DNA of 64,000 bases from an uncultured delta proteobacterium (GCA_963724765.1 CAVRVY010000001.1:608001-672000), one strand, 5' to 3'; numbered from the stretch's first letter, positions 31,010-42,352 are shown. A program made the numbers and translations. Notes: a model not told the origin generated them from the letters alone.

Positions 31010-31520
31010 ATGACCACATCACCTACATTCCGACGTGGGCTGGCTTCCTGCATCTCGCGGTATGTTGGACGCCTTCGGCGGCCGAATCGTGGGCTGGGCG
31101 ATGGAAACTCATCTGCGCACCGAGTTGGTGCTCGAAGCACTGAACATGGCGCTGGCGCAGCGATGGCCCGCCGAGGTGATCCATCACTCCGACCAAGGCA
31201 CACAGTATACGCCGATTGCCTTCGGGATGCGCTGCCGGGAGGCCGCGTGCGGCCCTCAATGGGTTCAGTCGGTGACTGCTTCGACAATGGCATGTGCGAG
31301 AGCTTTTTCGCCACGCTCGAATGCGAGCTACTCGACCATTGCCTTTTCCACACCCAGGCCGAGGCCCGCATGGCGGTCTTCGAGTTCATCGAGGGCTGGT
31401 ACAACCCCCATCGCCATCACTCCGCCCTCGACTATCTGTCGCCAATTAACTACGAAAGGAGCCACTACTCAGGGGAGTCAACCGCAGGCCCTCCGCCGTT
31501 TACTCAATCGGGGTAAGTTT
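31010..31520 (+). mobile_element. IS3-family orfB 3' remnant, frameshifted
   Basis: GRIVGWAM..IHHSDQGTQY..GDCFDNGMCESFFATLECE..YNPHRHHSALDYLSP. Diverged copy of 40603-41173. Confidence 0.85.
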
Positions 31521-31539
31521 AGCAGGACGGAAGCGGCGT

Positions 31540-31882
31540 TGATTTAGGGTACCAGCGAGAACTGCTGCGACGTGGCATTAACGTGGAGTATGACCTCTTT
31601 GGATTCGAGCTGGCCTTCATCGCAAGTGGGATTGCAGCTCAGTGGCCCACCGATAACTCAACGTATCCAGGAGTTGAAGCGCTCGTCGATGATGGCTGGA
31701 TCTCACAGATACTCATCTCGCAGGATATTTGCGTGAAGTCGATGACCCGAAAGTACGGAGGCTGGGGATACGCTCATATTCTTGAGGCTTTGAGACCGCC
31801 GTTTGCACCTGCGGGTATCAGGCCAGACTATCTGAGGAAGATCATGGTGGAAAACCCGCGACGGTTGCTGCCTCTCGTGTAA
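31540..31882 (+). pseudogene. Phosphotriesterase-family C-terminal fragment
   Basis: VEYDLFG..QILISQDIC..YGGWGYAHI..IMVENPRRLL. The N-terminal part has been replaced by the IS3 remnant. Confidence 0.75.
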
Positions 31883-31909
31883 GTACTCTGTCTCCGGGGC
31901 TATCCCGGA

Positions 31910-33415
31910 TTGCAGGATGACCAATGGCAACCCGGAGCCGGTGCCGATCCGAGGAGAAAACACGTGGGGCCGAGTTTTAGAAACCGTCACTGGGAGCGAC
32001 CGATACTGCTCCCGCCGATGTTTGCCGCAATTGTCGCATTTATCGCGCTGAGCACTTCGCGCGCCACGGCGCAGAACGTCAAGACCTACACCCGGGCAAC
32101 GCTCGATCAGTGGTCGAGCAAGTACGCCGATTCCAAACCCAACTTCAAGCCGGGCGACGTCCTCGGAAGCAAGGACCTCGAGCGGATTCGCCCGTTCGTA
32201 CCACCCGGATGGTTCGAACAGCTCGACTTCCCGGAATTCAAGATGGAGATCATGGCGGCGCGCAGCCATATGCCGCGCAAGGACTACGAGGAATGCACCG
32301 AGAAATATCAGGCTCAGGTCAGGCTCAACCCTGACGGCTCGCCGGCCAACTACGTTTGCGGGCAGCCGTTTCCCAACGCGTCTCTGAGCACCTCGGATCC
32401 GCTTTCGGGGATCAAAGCGGCTTGGAATTTCGACTATCGATGGCAGAACTACGGCCAATTCTCGCTCAATTACCTCATCGTCATCGCCCGCTTCGGCGGC
32501 AATCACAACGGCGAGGCGCCCAAGGCGATCGCGTCGCCGCCGTCGAATTGGGTCGGCGGAGTCGAATACCACAGCAAGCTGCCCGGCGACGCGAGCAGTT
32601 TCTTCGGCGGCGGCGGCACCTTTGCCCGCATCCTGAGCGAATTCTATCGGCGGGTTTATTTCAGTCATCTCGCCCAGCGCGCGGACAACCACGGACTGCT
32701 GGGCACGCCCGACTCAGCTCAATTCCTGTGGAAAGACTTCATCGGCTTCTTCTCACCCTATGACGTGCGCGGGCAGGTATTGATCACTTACCGCTACGCC
32801 GATCCTCATCGCGCCGACGACGCCTGGGCTTACGACCCACAGTCGCGCCGCGTCCGGCGCATCTCGGTCGAGGTCAAATCCGACTCGGTGGCCGGCACCG
32901 ACACCACCCAGGAGGACTTTTTCACTTTCTCGGGCCGTGCGCTTCACTGGCACTGGAAGTTCCTCGGCTGGAAGGATCTGCTGGCGGTGATGGACGCGCG
33001 CGACGACTATGCTCACCTGTTTGGCCCCAACGGCGAGATTCCCAACGACCGCTGGTCGGTGCGGCGCTTCGCGGTGGTCGAACGTACTCCGACCGAGGCG
33101 CATCATCCTTACAGTAGCGTCGTGATGTGCTGGGACGCCGAGAACTGGTTCCCGTGGATGTCGCTGACGTTCAACCGCGAGGGCAAGCTGTGGAAGCTGT
33201 GGGAACGCCAGACGCGCTGGAGCGAGGACTTTAAGACCTTCGCCGAGATTAATCAGGGGGTGGAGACGGGAATGGCGGTCGGAGAGAGTATCGTCGACGT
33301 GCAAAACGATCGTACCACGATACTCGCTATTTTTGGCAGCGGCTACCCCAACGCAGTGCCCGCCAGCGTCACGCAGCTCTACGACATCAGCAAATTGGAG
33401 GAGATGCATCGCTGA
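31910..33415 (+). CDS. DUF1329-family periplasmic protein (second copy; likely start near 32018)
   Basis: Signal peptide, GQPFP..DPLSGIKAAWN, SPYDVRG..DDAWAYDPQSRRVRRIS..GTDTTQEDF, NREGKLWK. Confidence 0.88.
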   Translation: MQDDQWQPGAGADPRRKHVGPSFRNRHWERPILLPPMFAAIVAFIALSTSRATAQNVKTYTRATLDQWSSKYADSKPNFKPGDVLGSKDLERIRPFVPPGWFEQLDFPEFKMEIMAARSHMPRKDYEECTEKYQAQVRLNPDGSPANYVCGQPFPNASLSTSDPLSGIKAAWNFDYRWQNYGQFSLNYLIVIARFGGNHNGEAPKAIASPPSNWVGGVEYHSKLPGDASSFFGGGGTFARILSEFYRRVYFSHLAQRADNHGLLGTPDSAQFLWKDFIGFFSPYDVRGQVLITYRYADPHRADDAWAYDPQSRRVRRISVEVKSDSVAGTDTTQEDFFTFSGRALHWHWKFLGWKDLLAVMDARDDYAHLFGPNGEIPNDRWSVRRFAVVERTPTEAHHPYSSVVMCWDAENWFPWMSLTFNREGKLWKLWERQTRWSEDFKTFAEINQGVETGMAVGESIVDVQNDRTTILAIFGSGYPNAVPASVTQLYDISKLEEMHR

Positions 33416-33697
33416 TGCCGCACGCTCTGGCACGCTCCGGATATGAAGCGCTCGAGCGTTAACTCTCCGCCCCCAGCATATCCGGTCTCAGGTCGATGTG
33501 TGGACGGAATTGTGGAATTTCATTGGGTGAGGTCGTGCAACTCTAATCCCTCGGCCATTTCGCCGTTAAAGTATCGGTCAGCCGATCAGTTAGGAAAGGA
33601 TTGATTTACCCCTCCCAAGGCTTAATTGCTCCACCCCTTCCACCTCAACCGTGGCAACTCCATCAGATGACAAGCGGTGCTCTAAAGGAGACGCAAC

Positions 33698-34753
33698 ATG
33701 AGCATGCGGTTTTCTATCCTCACCTTGGGAGATAATTATGAACATCTGCGTTCGCACGACCAGTTCTACCACGAAGTGGTCGAAGAGGCTCAATATGCTG
33801 AAGACTTAGGCTACGACGGATTCTGGGTCGGCGAACATCATTTTCAGGCCAGCCAAAGAGTTTTCCCTTCGCCGCAGATGATTCTCGCGGCTATCTCTCA
33901 GCGTACGAAGCGGCTTCGTCTGGGCACCGGGGTAAGCGTGCTGCCGGTCAACGATCCCATCCGGCTAGCTGAAGATATAGCCGAGCTTGACCTGCTCAGT
34001 GATGGACGGGTGTGTTTCGGCGCAGGCCGAGGATACCAGCCCCACGAGTTTGCAGGTTTTAATATCGCTATGGAATCGTCCAAAGAACGCTTTTGGGAAT
34101 GCCTGGAGATCATCCGCTTGGCTTGGGCTCAGGAACAGTTCTCATACGCGGGCAAGTTCTACCACTACGAGGACATCGCTTTGCTACCGCGACCGCTGCA
34201 AAAGCCCACTCCGCCTATTTGGGTGGCGGCCGCGTCTCCTGGTTCTGCACAAGAGATCGCGAAAAGAGGATACTCCTTTAGCTGCGCACCGTTTGCCTCT
34301 AGCCCATCCCCCGAAAAGGTAGCTGAGCAACTCTCTCGTTATCGGCAAACCTTTATCGAGAATGGCCACGGCGAGCCGATCGACGATCTGCCCCATGTAT
34401 TTTGGACTTACGTGGCTGATACCACCGAGCAAGCGCTTAAAGAGGCTGAAGTGGGCATGAAACGCAAACTTGGCAGCGTGACGAAAGTCTGGGTCAAGCC
34501 GGGAGTGACCGGATACGAAACGTTTGCTAAGATCGGTCAGTTCTTGGCCTCGGCAACCATCGATCAGCTCGACGCATTGTCAATCTTTGGAGATCCTGCA
34601 CGATGCGTCGAGAAGATAAAGAAGTATCACGCCGCGGGGCTGACTCATCTGCTTTTGATGTTTGACTGGGGTGCGATGCCACAGAAGACGATCTTCCATT
34701 CGATGCAGTTGTTCGCGAAGTATGTGATGCCGCGCTTTCAAGAGGTCGGCTAG
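33698..34753 (+). CDS. Luciferase-like (LLM class) flavin-dependent oxidoreductase
   Basis: AEDLGYDGFWVGEHHF, DPIRLAEDIAELDLLSDGRVCFGAGRGY, PRPLQKPTPP, FAKYVMPRF. Confidence 0.93.
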   Translation: MSMRFSILTLGDNYEHLRSHDQFYHEVVEEAQYAEDLGYDGFWVGEHHFQASQRVFPSPQMILAAISQRTKRLRLGTGVSVLPVNDPIRLAEDIAELDLLSDGRVCFGAGRGYQPHEFAGFNIAMESSKERFWECLEIIRLAWAQEQFSYAGKFYHYEDIALLPRPLQKPTPPIWVAAASPGSAQEIAKRGYSFSCAPFASSPSPEKVAEQLSRYRQTFIENGHGEPIDDLPHVFWTYVADTTEQALKEAEVGMKRKLGSVTKVWVKPGVTGYETFAKIGQFLASATIDQLDALSIFGDPARCVEKIKKYHAAGLTHLLLMFDWGAMPQKTIFHSMQLFAKYVMPRFQEVG

Positions 34754-34829
34754 CGCGAGCCTCGCCTAGCATCAACCCTTGATGAGCCGCTTTTTACAAA
34801 ATCGTTGGCGGTTTCAACCGGAAACCGCC

Positions 34830-35052
34830 GTGAGCGTCCACCGAGGCAATGTCCGGTGCGCTGTTGGAATTGGGTAGCGGCGACATAGACAGTTAAACCG
34901 GAAGAACATTATTTTCGGGGTGTTTGAGTGCCGACGCGAGGCAGAACTGGTCCGTTGTGGCGTAATGGAAAGGCCTCCGGGCTCAAACCCGCGCTCGAAG
35001 TTCGCGTTTGCAAACCCCTGTGGATCAGAATTTAAAATGGAAATGGGTAATT
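34830..35052 (+). mobile_element. IS1380-family right-end remnant
   Basis: CGCGAGGCAGAACTGGTCCGTTG..AAAATGGAAAT matches the 16580-16720 end. Confidence 0.65.
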
Positions 35053-35201
35053 GAACGAATCTGGGCCGAACGTCCAAAATTCGGAAACCACCTAATCCCC
35101 CAATCTCGCCTTTTCGCAAAACACAACAGAGGGGATGGAAGGAAAATTCGGAATTTGACGCACCTTGACCCGGCTGGTAGTTACGCGCAGGAGGTGACGG
35201 T

Positions 35202-35733
35202 ATGCCTTCGTTCGTTCCGATAAACAGACTGATCACTTCGCCTATCGATGCCGCGACGCGGAGGAGACCCGGCACTTCTACGAGGACATCCTGGGCCTGC
35301 CGCCGGTCCACGTCATCCGCCAGGATCGGGTGCCGAGCACTCAGCAATATTGCCCGCACGCGCATATCTTTTTTCGCATGACCGACGGCTCCTGCGTCGC
35401 GTTCTTCGATCTGGGCGACAACCAGATTCCGCGGCCTCGCCCAATACGCCCGAGTGGGTAAATCGTCTCGCGCTGCGTGTAGGTTGGCTCGCCGAACTGG
35501 AAGCCGCTCGCACGCGGCTTTGCGCCGCTGGTATCGACGTGCTGGGGCCGACCGACCATCACTTCATCAAGTCGATCTATTTTTTCGATCCCAACGGTAT
35601 CCGGCTGGAGTTGACCACGCCGGTTATCCCGGCCACCGACCCGACGTTCGACAAATATGAGCGCAGCGCCCACGAGACACTCGCCGCATGGGAATGCGAA
35701 AAACTACAGCGCCAAGTCGCCGAGGCCCGCTAG
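35202..35733 (+). pseudogene. VOC/glyoxalase-family protein, frameshifted
   Basis: HFAYRCRDAEETRHFYEDILGLP..HIFFRMTDGSCVAFFD / GPTDHHFIKSIYFFDPNGIRLELT spread over different frames. Confidence 0.8.
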
Positions 35734-36166
35734 CGCGCCTCGACCGTCTCGCGCGTGCGCTTCCATCGCAGGCCGAAGCTCGCCCGGATCGCTTCGGTCT
35801 CCTCGCGAAGCCATCCGGCGCCGACGCCCATCAGCAGCCGCCCGCCGGGAAAAAGGTCAAGGCTCGCCGCTACCTTCGCCGTGATCAGCGTTTCGCGCTC
35901 CGGTACAGGCAAACTCTCGTGCCGAGCTTAATCTTTCTGGTCACGGCCGCGGCGATGGTGAGGGCGATAAACGGATCGGCCCATCGTGCATAATGGTCGG
36001 GGAGTTTGTGGTCGGGCGTGAAGGGAAAAGGAGTCTTCATGCCGATCGGGATCACCGGATGCTCGGCAATCAATAACGACTCGTAGCCCACGGTCTCGAC
36101 GTTGCGCGCGATCTCGGCGAGATCGCCGCATTCCGGCGTCGCCGCCATCAGGAAGCCCATATCCAT
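35730..36166 (-). pseudogene. F420-type LLM oxidoreductase, 5' fragment, frameshifted
   Basis: GYESLLIAEHPVIP..DPFIALTIAAAVTRKIKLGT / AKVAASLDLFPGGRLLMGVGAGWLREE, then truncated. Confidence 0.8.
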
Positions 36167-36309
36167 TAAGAGATTTTCCTACAGATCGGAACAGGGAATC
36201 CTCTGGGCTATAATAGGCAATTGCCATTCCACGATCCGGCTTCGAACAGGGACCGATGACAGGGGCAGATCCGGCGACCTAGAATCAGATCGTCCGCACG
36301 ACGTGAGGC

Positions 36310-37005
36310 TTGCTAAGCTCGACTGCCACTCTTCACCTTAGCTATATCCAATTTAGTCATTCATCGTCAGTGGCTAATAATAACTGGCGCGAGCATTCTG
36401 TTTCAGCTATCGTGGTGTGTCGAGCAGAATCACCTATCACTCCTGAGACGAATCCTCAAAAGCAAATGCTGAATATCAAAGCTAGAATGCAATTCCGCAG
36501 AGAGCAGTTCTTTTATCACGAACTTCTCGTTGTTTTTCTTGCGATGGGATGGTTGGCTGCCGGAGGTTGCTCTACAGGCCAGTCACCACAAGCAAAGATC
36601 ACCTGGATCGATTCAGTTGATCTCGCTCCAAAGCCCGCTGATTGTTCGATGCCGATCCTAAGTTCCGAAGCTTTTTCAAAGACGTATCGAAGGGTTGCAA
36701 TTGTGGAAGCGTGGGGGAAAACCGATCAGAAACCCGAAGTGCTTGACGCCGTTCGTCAAGGAGCTTGTAAAATCGGCGCCGATGCGCTTCTAAAAACTTC
36801 CTCTCAGTCTCAGCTTGATGTCCGGTTCGAGAAAATGGGGTTGCCGTCGAATTCAGAGCAGGAAAACGGGGTGGCTTCGAGCCAGGTTAGCAGCTACAAA
36901 ACGAGGCTCATGCCACGAATCGGAGAACTTGGGCACCCCGGTTACTATGTCGACACCTTCGCTATCGTGTACCAGAAGGACGCGCATATTCCTCCGTCTC
37001 CTTGA
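36310..37005 (+). CDS. Putative lipoprotein (true start probably 36466-36487)
   Basis: LAAGGC lipobox. YRRVAIVE..LDAVRQGACKIGADAL resembles YbjQ/heavy-metal-binding-like domains. Confidence 0.55.
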   Translation: MLSSTATLHLSYIQFSHSSSVANNNWREHSVSAIVVCRAESPITPETNPQKQMLNIKARMQFRREQFFYHELLVVFLAMGWLAAGGCSTGQSPQAKITWIDSVDLAPKPADCSMPILSSEAFSKTYRRVAIVEAWGKTDQKPEVLDAVRQGACKIGADALLKTSSQSQLDVRFEKMGLPSNSEQENGVASSQVSSYKTRLMPRIGELGHPGYYVDTFAIVYQKDAHIPPSP

Positions 37006-37009
37006 GCTC

Positions 37010-37224
37010 ACCTGATCGGGTCGATCCCGAATCGCCGCGCTGCCTCGCGCCGGCTCAGCCCCTCCACATATACCGCCCGTCGCACCTGCCCATACAGTTC
37101 CACGCCTTTCATCCCTCCGCCTTCAACCCTCCACGGTTGAAGGCTATCTCGTGCCGGACTTTTACTCCGGCGCGACCGGACTACCCGGCTGCTTCACTGA
37201 GGGATTTTCTCTCCGGCGCTTACA
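37010..37224 (-). mobile_element. IS21-family left end with istA 5' fragment
   Basis: Terminal TGTAAGCGCCGGAG with repeated GCGCCGGAG. ATG 37112 gives MKGVELYGQVRRAVYVEGLSRREAARRFGIDP. Confidence 0.75.
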
Positions 37225-37409
37225 CCTCCACGTAGATGGGTTGGCGAGCATCTCATACAGAGCGCCTCGCCCGAAGCGGTACCCGAGGGGCAGAGGGGGA
37301 ACGGGTGCCATCGACGGCGCGGGCGGTGCCGGGCTTTTTAAACGCGGCCGCAGCGGCGCTATACTCGACCAGCGGCGGGATCACGCAAAGATCACGGGAG
37401 GGTCGAGTC

Positions 37410-38540
37410 ATGCGCAACTGGATACGCTTTCCTCGGGTCGAGGGCACTTCGTCGCGCCAAGCTCATTGCGATCTGCCCGAGGGCACTTTCGAACGCGAAC
37501 TGGGGCGCGAGGGTTTCTTCGGACCGTCCACCCAGATGTACCATCGTCATCAGCCTACCGGATGGACCGGGTGGGAGGGGCCATTGCGCCCGCGCGCGTT
37601 TAACCTCAACCGCCTCGAGGCCTCCAGCGCCTCGCCCTGGGAAGCTCATCGCGTGATGGGCAACGCGAGGATGCAGTTGCGTTGGTGGCGATGCGACGCG
37701 ACCATGACGGATCTCGTGCGCAACGCCGATGGGGACGAGCTCATCTTCATCCACGAAGGCGCGGGCGACCTTTTTTGCGATTACGGGCACCTGGCGCTGC
37801 GCGACGGTGACTACCTGGTGCTACCGCGCGGCACCGCATGGCGAATCGAAACCGCTGCGCCGCTGACCGCGCTGCTGCTCGAGGCGACCGGCGACTCCTA
37901 TCAGCTTCCCGATAAAGGCATCCTCGGCAACCAGGCGATCTTCGATCCCGCCGTGCTCGACACCCCGCGCATCGACCAGGCCTTCCTGACCCAGCAGGAC
38001 GAGGGGCCGTGGAAGATCGTGGTCAAGCGGGGCGACCGGCTGAGCACAGTGAGCTACCCGTTCAACCCGCTCGACGCCGTCGGATGGCATGGCGACCTGG
38101 CGCCGGTGCGGCTTAACTGGCGCGACCTGCGCCCGATCGTCAGCGCTCGATATCACGTGCCGCCCTCGGCCCATGTGAACTTCGTCGCCGAGCGCTTCGC
38201 GGTGGGCACCTTCGCGCCGCGTCCGATCGAGTCCGACCCCGGCGCGCTCAAGGTGCCGTTCTTTCACAACGACGACGACGTCGACGAAATCATCTTTCTG
38301 CACCGCGGACAGTTCTTCAGCCGTGACAACTTCGGCCCCGGGATGCTGAGTCTTCATCCGTGCGGCTTCCCGCATGGCCCGCAGCCCAAGGCGTTTGCGA
38401 TCGGCGCGCGGCGCGCGCGCACCGAGACCGACGAGGTCGCGGTCTATATCGACACCTTCGACGCGGTCGAGATGGCTGAGCTTCCCGCCGGGGTCGAGGA
38501 TCCAAGCTACGTCGATGCCTGGAAGGCGCCCGCACCGTAG
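37410..38540 (+). CDS. hmgA: Homogentisate 1,2-dioxygenase
   Basis: GREGFFG, RNADGDELIFIHEG, PLDAVGWHG, HVPPSAH, VPFFHNDDDVDE, HPCGFPHGP (His/Glu/His iron ligands). GGAGG RBS before ATG 37410. Confidence 0.9.
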   Translation: MRNWIRFPRVEGTSSRQAHCDLPEGTFERELGREGFFGPSTQMYHRHQPTGWTGWEGPLRPRAFNLNRLEASSASPWEAHRVMGNARMQLRWWRCDATMTDLVRNADGDELIFIHEGAGDLFCDYGHLALRDGDYLVLPRGTAWRIETAAPLTALLLEATGDSYQLPDKGILGNQAIFDPAVLDTPRIDQAFLTQQDEGPWKIVVKRGDRLSTVSYPFNPLDAVGWHGDLAPVRLNWRDLRPIVSARYHVPPSAHVNFVAERFAVGTFAPRPIESDPGALKVPFFHNDDDVDEIIFLHRGQFFSRDNFGPGMLSLHPCGFPHGPQPKAFAIGARRARTETDEVAVYIDTFDAVEMAELPAGVEDPSYVDAWKAPAP

Positions 38541-38789
38541 GCGCGGTGCAGAGAAGCTCGCGATCTCGGGGCTCGAGCCCGTCACATACAGGAAAACCAT
38601 GAAGCGGATATCATCGATCCTCGGCATCGCACCGAGCGCAGATCGCGCTCAATTTGAAGGGCCTCAAGTACGACCATTAGGTTTCGTTCAGAGGTATGCG
38701 TGTGGTGATCGCGACCACGACGAAGTCGCATAGTATTACGCTTTCGCTTATTTCAGCTATACCGCATGGTTACCCGTAGAAAGACCTAA

Positions 38790-39118
38790 CAGGGTGCGGA
38801 AAAACGCCGAGTAGTCATGAGTTGCTCTGTTTCCACGACTCGATATCTTCTGGGTCGAGAGGCGCGTGAGGGCCGAGTGCGTCCGCGGCTCGCAGCTTCG
38901 CGACTCTGTTCAGGTAGTGACCACCGTCAGGGTGCGCATCCGCACCAGGTTGTAGGCTGCGGCGGCGAAGGTGAACATCCAACCGACCCGAGCAACTCCG
39001 CGATGACGAGTCTTGCGCAACAAAGCAACGGTCTTGAGCCAACCGAAGGCTTCTTCGACCCGCTTGCGCCGCCACTGGCTCAGCGCGTAGCCGGGGTGGC
39101 GGCTGGTACGCCGGTCGA
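38790..39118 (-). mobile_element. IS5-family 3' fragment, nearly identical to 6680-7008
   Basis: Same DRRTSRHPGY..TLTVVTT sequence and IRR. Cut at the IS256 left end. Confidence 0.9.
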
Positions 39119-40602
39119 GAGTGTGTCGGAAATTTTGTGTTCGTGAGCCATACAATGATGCCCGGATAGGGCGGGAGGAAAAGGTATGGCGGCGAACAGG
39201 GAGAGTAGAATCACGGATGAAGTGGTGGATCAGCTGCTGGTGGGACGCGACCCGGCGACGGTATTCGAGAGCGGCGGTTTGGTCGATGAGCTGAAGAAGC
39301 GTCTGGCGGAGCGGATACTTAATGGGGAGATGGATCACCATCTGGGCGCGGAGGCGGAGGAAGAAGCCGGCAATCACCGCAATGGCTACAGCAGCAAGAC
39401 CGTTCTAACCGATACCGGCAAGCTTGAGCTTTCGATTCCGCGTGATCCGTCACGGGCGCTTCGACCCAGTGCTGATCGGCAAGTACCGGCGGCGGTTCGC
39501 CGGCTTCGATGACAAGATCATCGCGCTGTACGCGCGCGGGATGACCACCCGCGAGATCGCCGAGCATGTCGGCGAGCCTCTACGGGGCCGAGATCTCGCC
39601 GGACTTGGTGAGCGCGGTGACCGACGCGGTGCTCGAGGAAGTGGCGGCGTGGCAGAGCCGCGGCCTGGACTCGACCTACGTGATCATATTCTTCGACGCG
39701 ATCCGGGTGAAAATCCGCAACGAAGGTCTGGTTAGCAACCGGGCGGTATACCTTGCGATCGGCGTTCGTTGTTCGGGGCACAAGGAAATCCTCGGACTTT
39801 GGATCGAACAGACCGAGGGTGCGAAGTTCTGGTTACGGGTAATGACCGAGCTGCGCAACCGCGGCGTCCAGGACATCCTGATCGCGGTGGTCGACGGGCT
39901 CAATGGCCTTCCTGAGGCGATCACGTCGGTGTTTTCCAAGACCTTAGTCCAGACCTGCATCGTGCATCTGATCAGGTATTCGATGCACTTCGCTTCGTGG
40001 AAGGAACACCGGCTGATTGGTGCGGCGCTAAAGCCGATCTACCAGGCCGAATCGGCCGCGCGGGCGCGCGAGCGGCTGGAAGATTTCGACCACGGCCCCT
40101 GGGGACAGAAATATCCGGCGATCGCACAGAGCTGGCGACGCAACTGGGAGCAGGTGATCCCATTCTTCGCCTTCGCCCCCGAACTTAGAAAAATCCTTTA
40201 CACCACCAATGCGATCGAGAGCCTCAATGCGCAAGTGCGCAAGGCAGTACGGGTCCGCGGACATTTTCCCAGCGAGGAGGCCGCCGCCAAACTCATCTGG
40301 CTGGTGCTGCGCAACGTTCAGGCGCGCTGGAAAAATCCGCCTATTACATGGCAGGCTGCCAAGACCCAGATGGCGATCCAGTTCGAGGATAGATTCATTC
40401 TGGCGGAGTGAATTGAGTATCGTGATGCAATCGCTGATAGCCTCCGCGCCGGTCCGCCCTCAAGGGTTCGCGCGCTGCGCGCGCCGGCTGACGCCGCCCT
40501 TGACCGCGACTACCGCTCCGGCTCAGCAGGTAATTAGCAGTCGCCGTGGGCGACTGCTCCGCTTATCAACCACTGGCTCAAACACGAAATTCCTGACAGC
40601 TC
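39119..40602 (+). mobile_element. IS256-family element; transposase 39186-40411 frameshifted
   Basis: IRs GAGTGTGTCGGAAATTTTGTGTT and AACACGAAATTCCTGACAGCTC. RNGYSSKT, FFDAI, VVDGL, QTCIVH, YTTNAIES. Confidence 0.9.
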
Positions 40603-41173
40603 CGGCGCCGGACCTGGTCGAGCGCAACTTCATGGCGCCAGGACCGAATCGGTTGTGGGTGGCTGACATCACCTATATCCCGACCTGGGCTGGTTTCCTG
40701 TATCTCGCGGTAGTGTTGGACGCCTTCAGCCGCCGGATCGTGGGCTGGGCGATGGCGACTCATCTGCGCACCGAGCTGGTGCTCGAAGCACTGAACATGG
40801 CGCTGGCGCAGCGGCGGCCCGCCGGGGTGATCCATCATTCCGACCAAGGCACACAGTACACGTCGATCGCCTTCGGGATACGTTGCCGGGAGGCCGGCGC
40901 GCGACCCTCGATGGGCTCGGTCGGTGATTGCTTCGACAATGCCATGTGCGAGAGCTTTTTCGCTACGCTCGAATGCGAGCTGCTCGACCGCCGCCGTTTC
41001 CACACCCAAGCCGAGGCGCGCATGGCGGTCTTCGAGTTCATCGAGGGCTGGTACAATCCCCATCGCCGCCACTCCGCCCTCGACTATCTGTCGCCAATCA
41101 ACTACGAAAGGAGCCACGACCCAGAGGAGTCAACCGCAAGCCCTCCGCCGTCCACTGAACCGGGGTAACTCCA
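40603..41173 (+). mobile_element. IS3-family orfB 3' part with right end
   Basis: APDLVERNF..WVADITY..HHSDQG..DNAMCESFF. End CCGTCCACTGAACCGGGGTAACTCCA. Confidence 0.88.
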
Positions 41174-41179
41174 GCCCTT

Positions 41180-41401
41180 CAACTGGCCGCTTCAGGTAAT
41201 TTGGACAGATTAGTTTTGCTAACGAACGACTCGGATTTCATCCCGCTCTGCGAAAAACTGAAAGCGTTTGGCTCGAACATCAGTTTGGTTCGATTGTCGT
41301 CTTTGAGACCAGTCAACGAAGACCTGGTTAAAGCTTGCGACACCTATCACGTCGTGCCTGAACACCACCTTAGCGATTTGTTTAAGGTTTCTAAATCGTA
41401 A
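41180..41401 (+). pseudogene. NYN/LabA-domain C-terminal fragment
   Basis: LVLLTNDSDFIPL..LKAFG..DLVKACD motif. Confidence 0.65.
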
Positions 41402-42015
41402 TTGGGGCCCTCAGCGAACGCAAAGCACATGGCCGGGTTCGCCGCCACTTTGACGCGCCAGGCATTGGGCGGAGCCTCGCGGCGCAGACATCTGCCGAAT
41501 GCGCGCGCTCGCGGTCTATTGAAGCCCGCTCGACGATTCTCAGCGCGTGCAATAGCCCGCAGAAATGACGGCCAGCTCTCGTCCAAATTCGCCAGCCAGC
41601 ACCTCTTCCATGGCGCCTTGTTGACGGCGTCGGCCTGAAAGGCATCGCATTCTTCGGGCTTGCGCGGGCATGATAGGAATGTCTCTTCGTCAGCTACGCC
41701 CCGACCAGAGACCGGTTTGCAAGCGCTGAAGTTCGCTCGCCAGAGCATGGATTTACCTTCACGCTGAGGTGCTAGGGCGCGTTCCCAGTGGCAGGTGCCC
41801 TGGGGGTATCGGCCCTGGCGGGAAGCCATTTTCTAAGTAGGACCCGTGGCGAGCAGCCCAAAAATGTGACCCTCCACCGGTGCTAATAGCGGTGCTGGTA
41901 CAGCAATCCAAAAGAGTGGAAAATACTGGAAAGCTGAGAACAGGGAGAACCAATAATTGCGGGCTCTGCGCTAGGAATCACTCACCTGTCGAAGGTTTTG
42001 ATTCCCTGGTGGACG

Positions 42016-42062
42016 GATTCGTAATCAGCAGGTCGTCGGTTCGAATCCGACGGGTGGCTCCA
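42016..42062 (+). tRNA. tRNA-Thr(CGT) 3' half only (att-site remnant, not a functional gene)
   Basis: GATTCGTAATCAGCAGGTCGTCGGTTCGAATCCGACGGGTGGCTCCA: anticodon loop, T-arm, acceptor 3' strand and CCA. No D-arm or 5' strand upstream. Confidence 0.85.
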
Positions 42063-42309
42063 ATAAAATCAAGCACTTATGGGGTTTCGCCTAGACCGTC
42101 TCTTTTTCGTGTAGGCGATATACGACCAGAACCCCTCCCATTTCATCCCTTCCCGCTCCCAGGGCAGCAAGCGCCGGGGTCGTCTTCGAAGACATCCAAA
42201 CTGAGGTTGGTGCTGGATTACGAATCCTGAGGTGCGGCGTCCGCCAGCATCCACCGCGCCGTAAACCTTCGACAATTCGCTCTCTCGCTTTCCACCTTCG
42301 TCCGCCGCG

Positions 42310-42352
42310 TTGGCTGTCGTCCACCGGCTTGGCTGTCAAAATGGCTGTCAAC
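42310..42352 (+). repeat. Three TGGCTGTC direct repeats (integrase arm-type sites?)
   Basis: TGGCTGTC at 42311, 42330 and 42342. Confidence 0.6.

Noticed and set aside
31703-33433. 329-aa and 226-aa minus-strand ORFs
   Set aside because: Antisense shadows of the GC-rich DUF1329 gene. The same applies to shadows over the IS630s, hmgA and rpoD.
41347-41953. ORFs next to the tRNA fragment as a possible integrase
   Set aside because: No R-H-R-H-Y tyrosine recombinase motifs found.
42016-42062. Complete tRNA-Thr gene
   Set aside because: No 5' acceptor strand or D-arm, so it is reported as a fragment.
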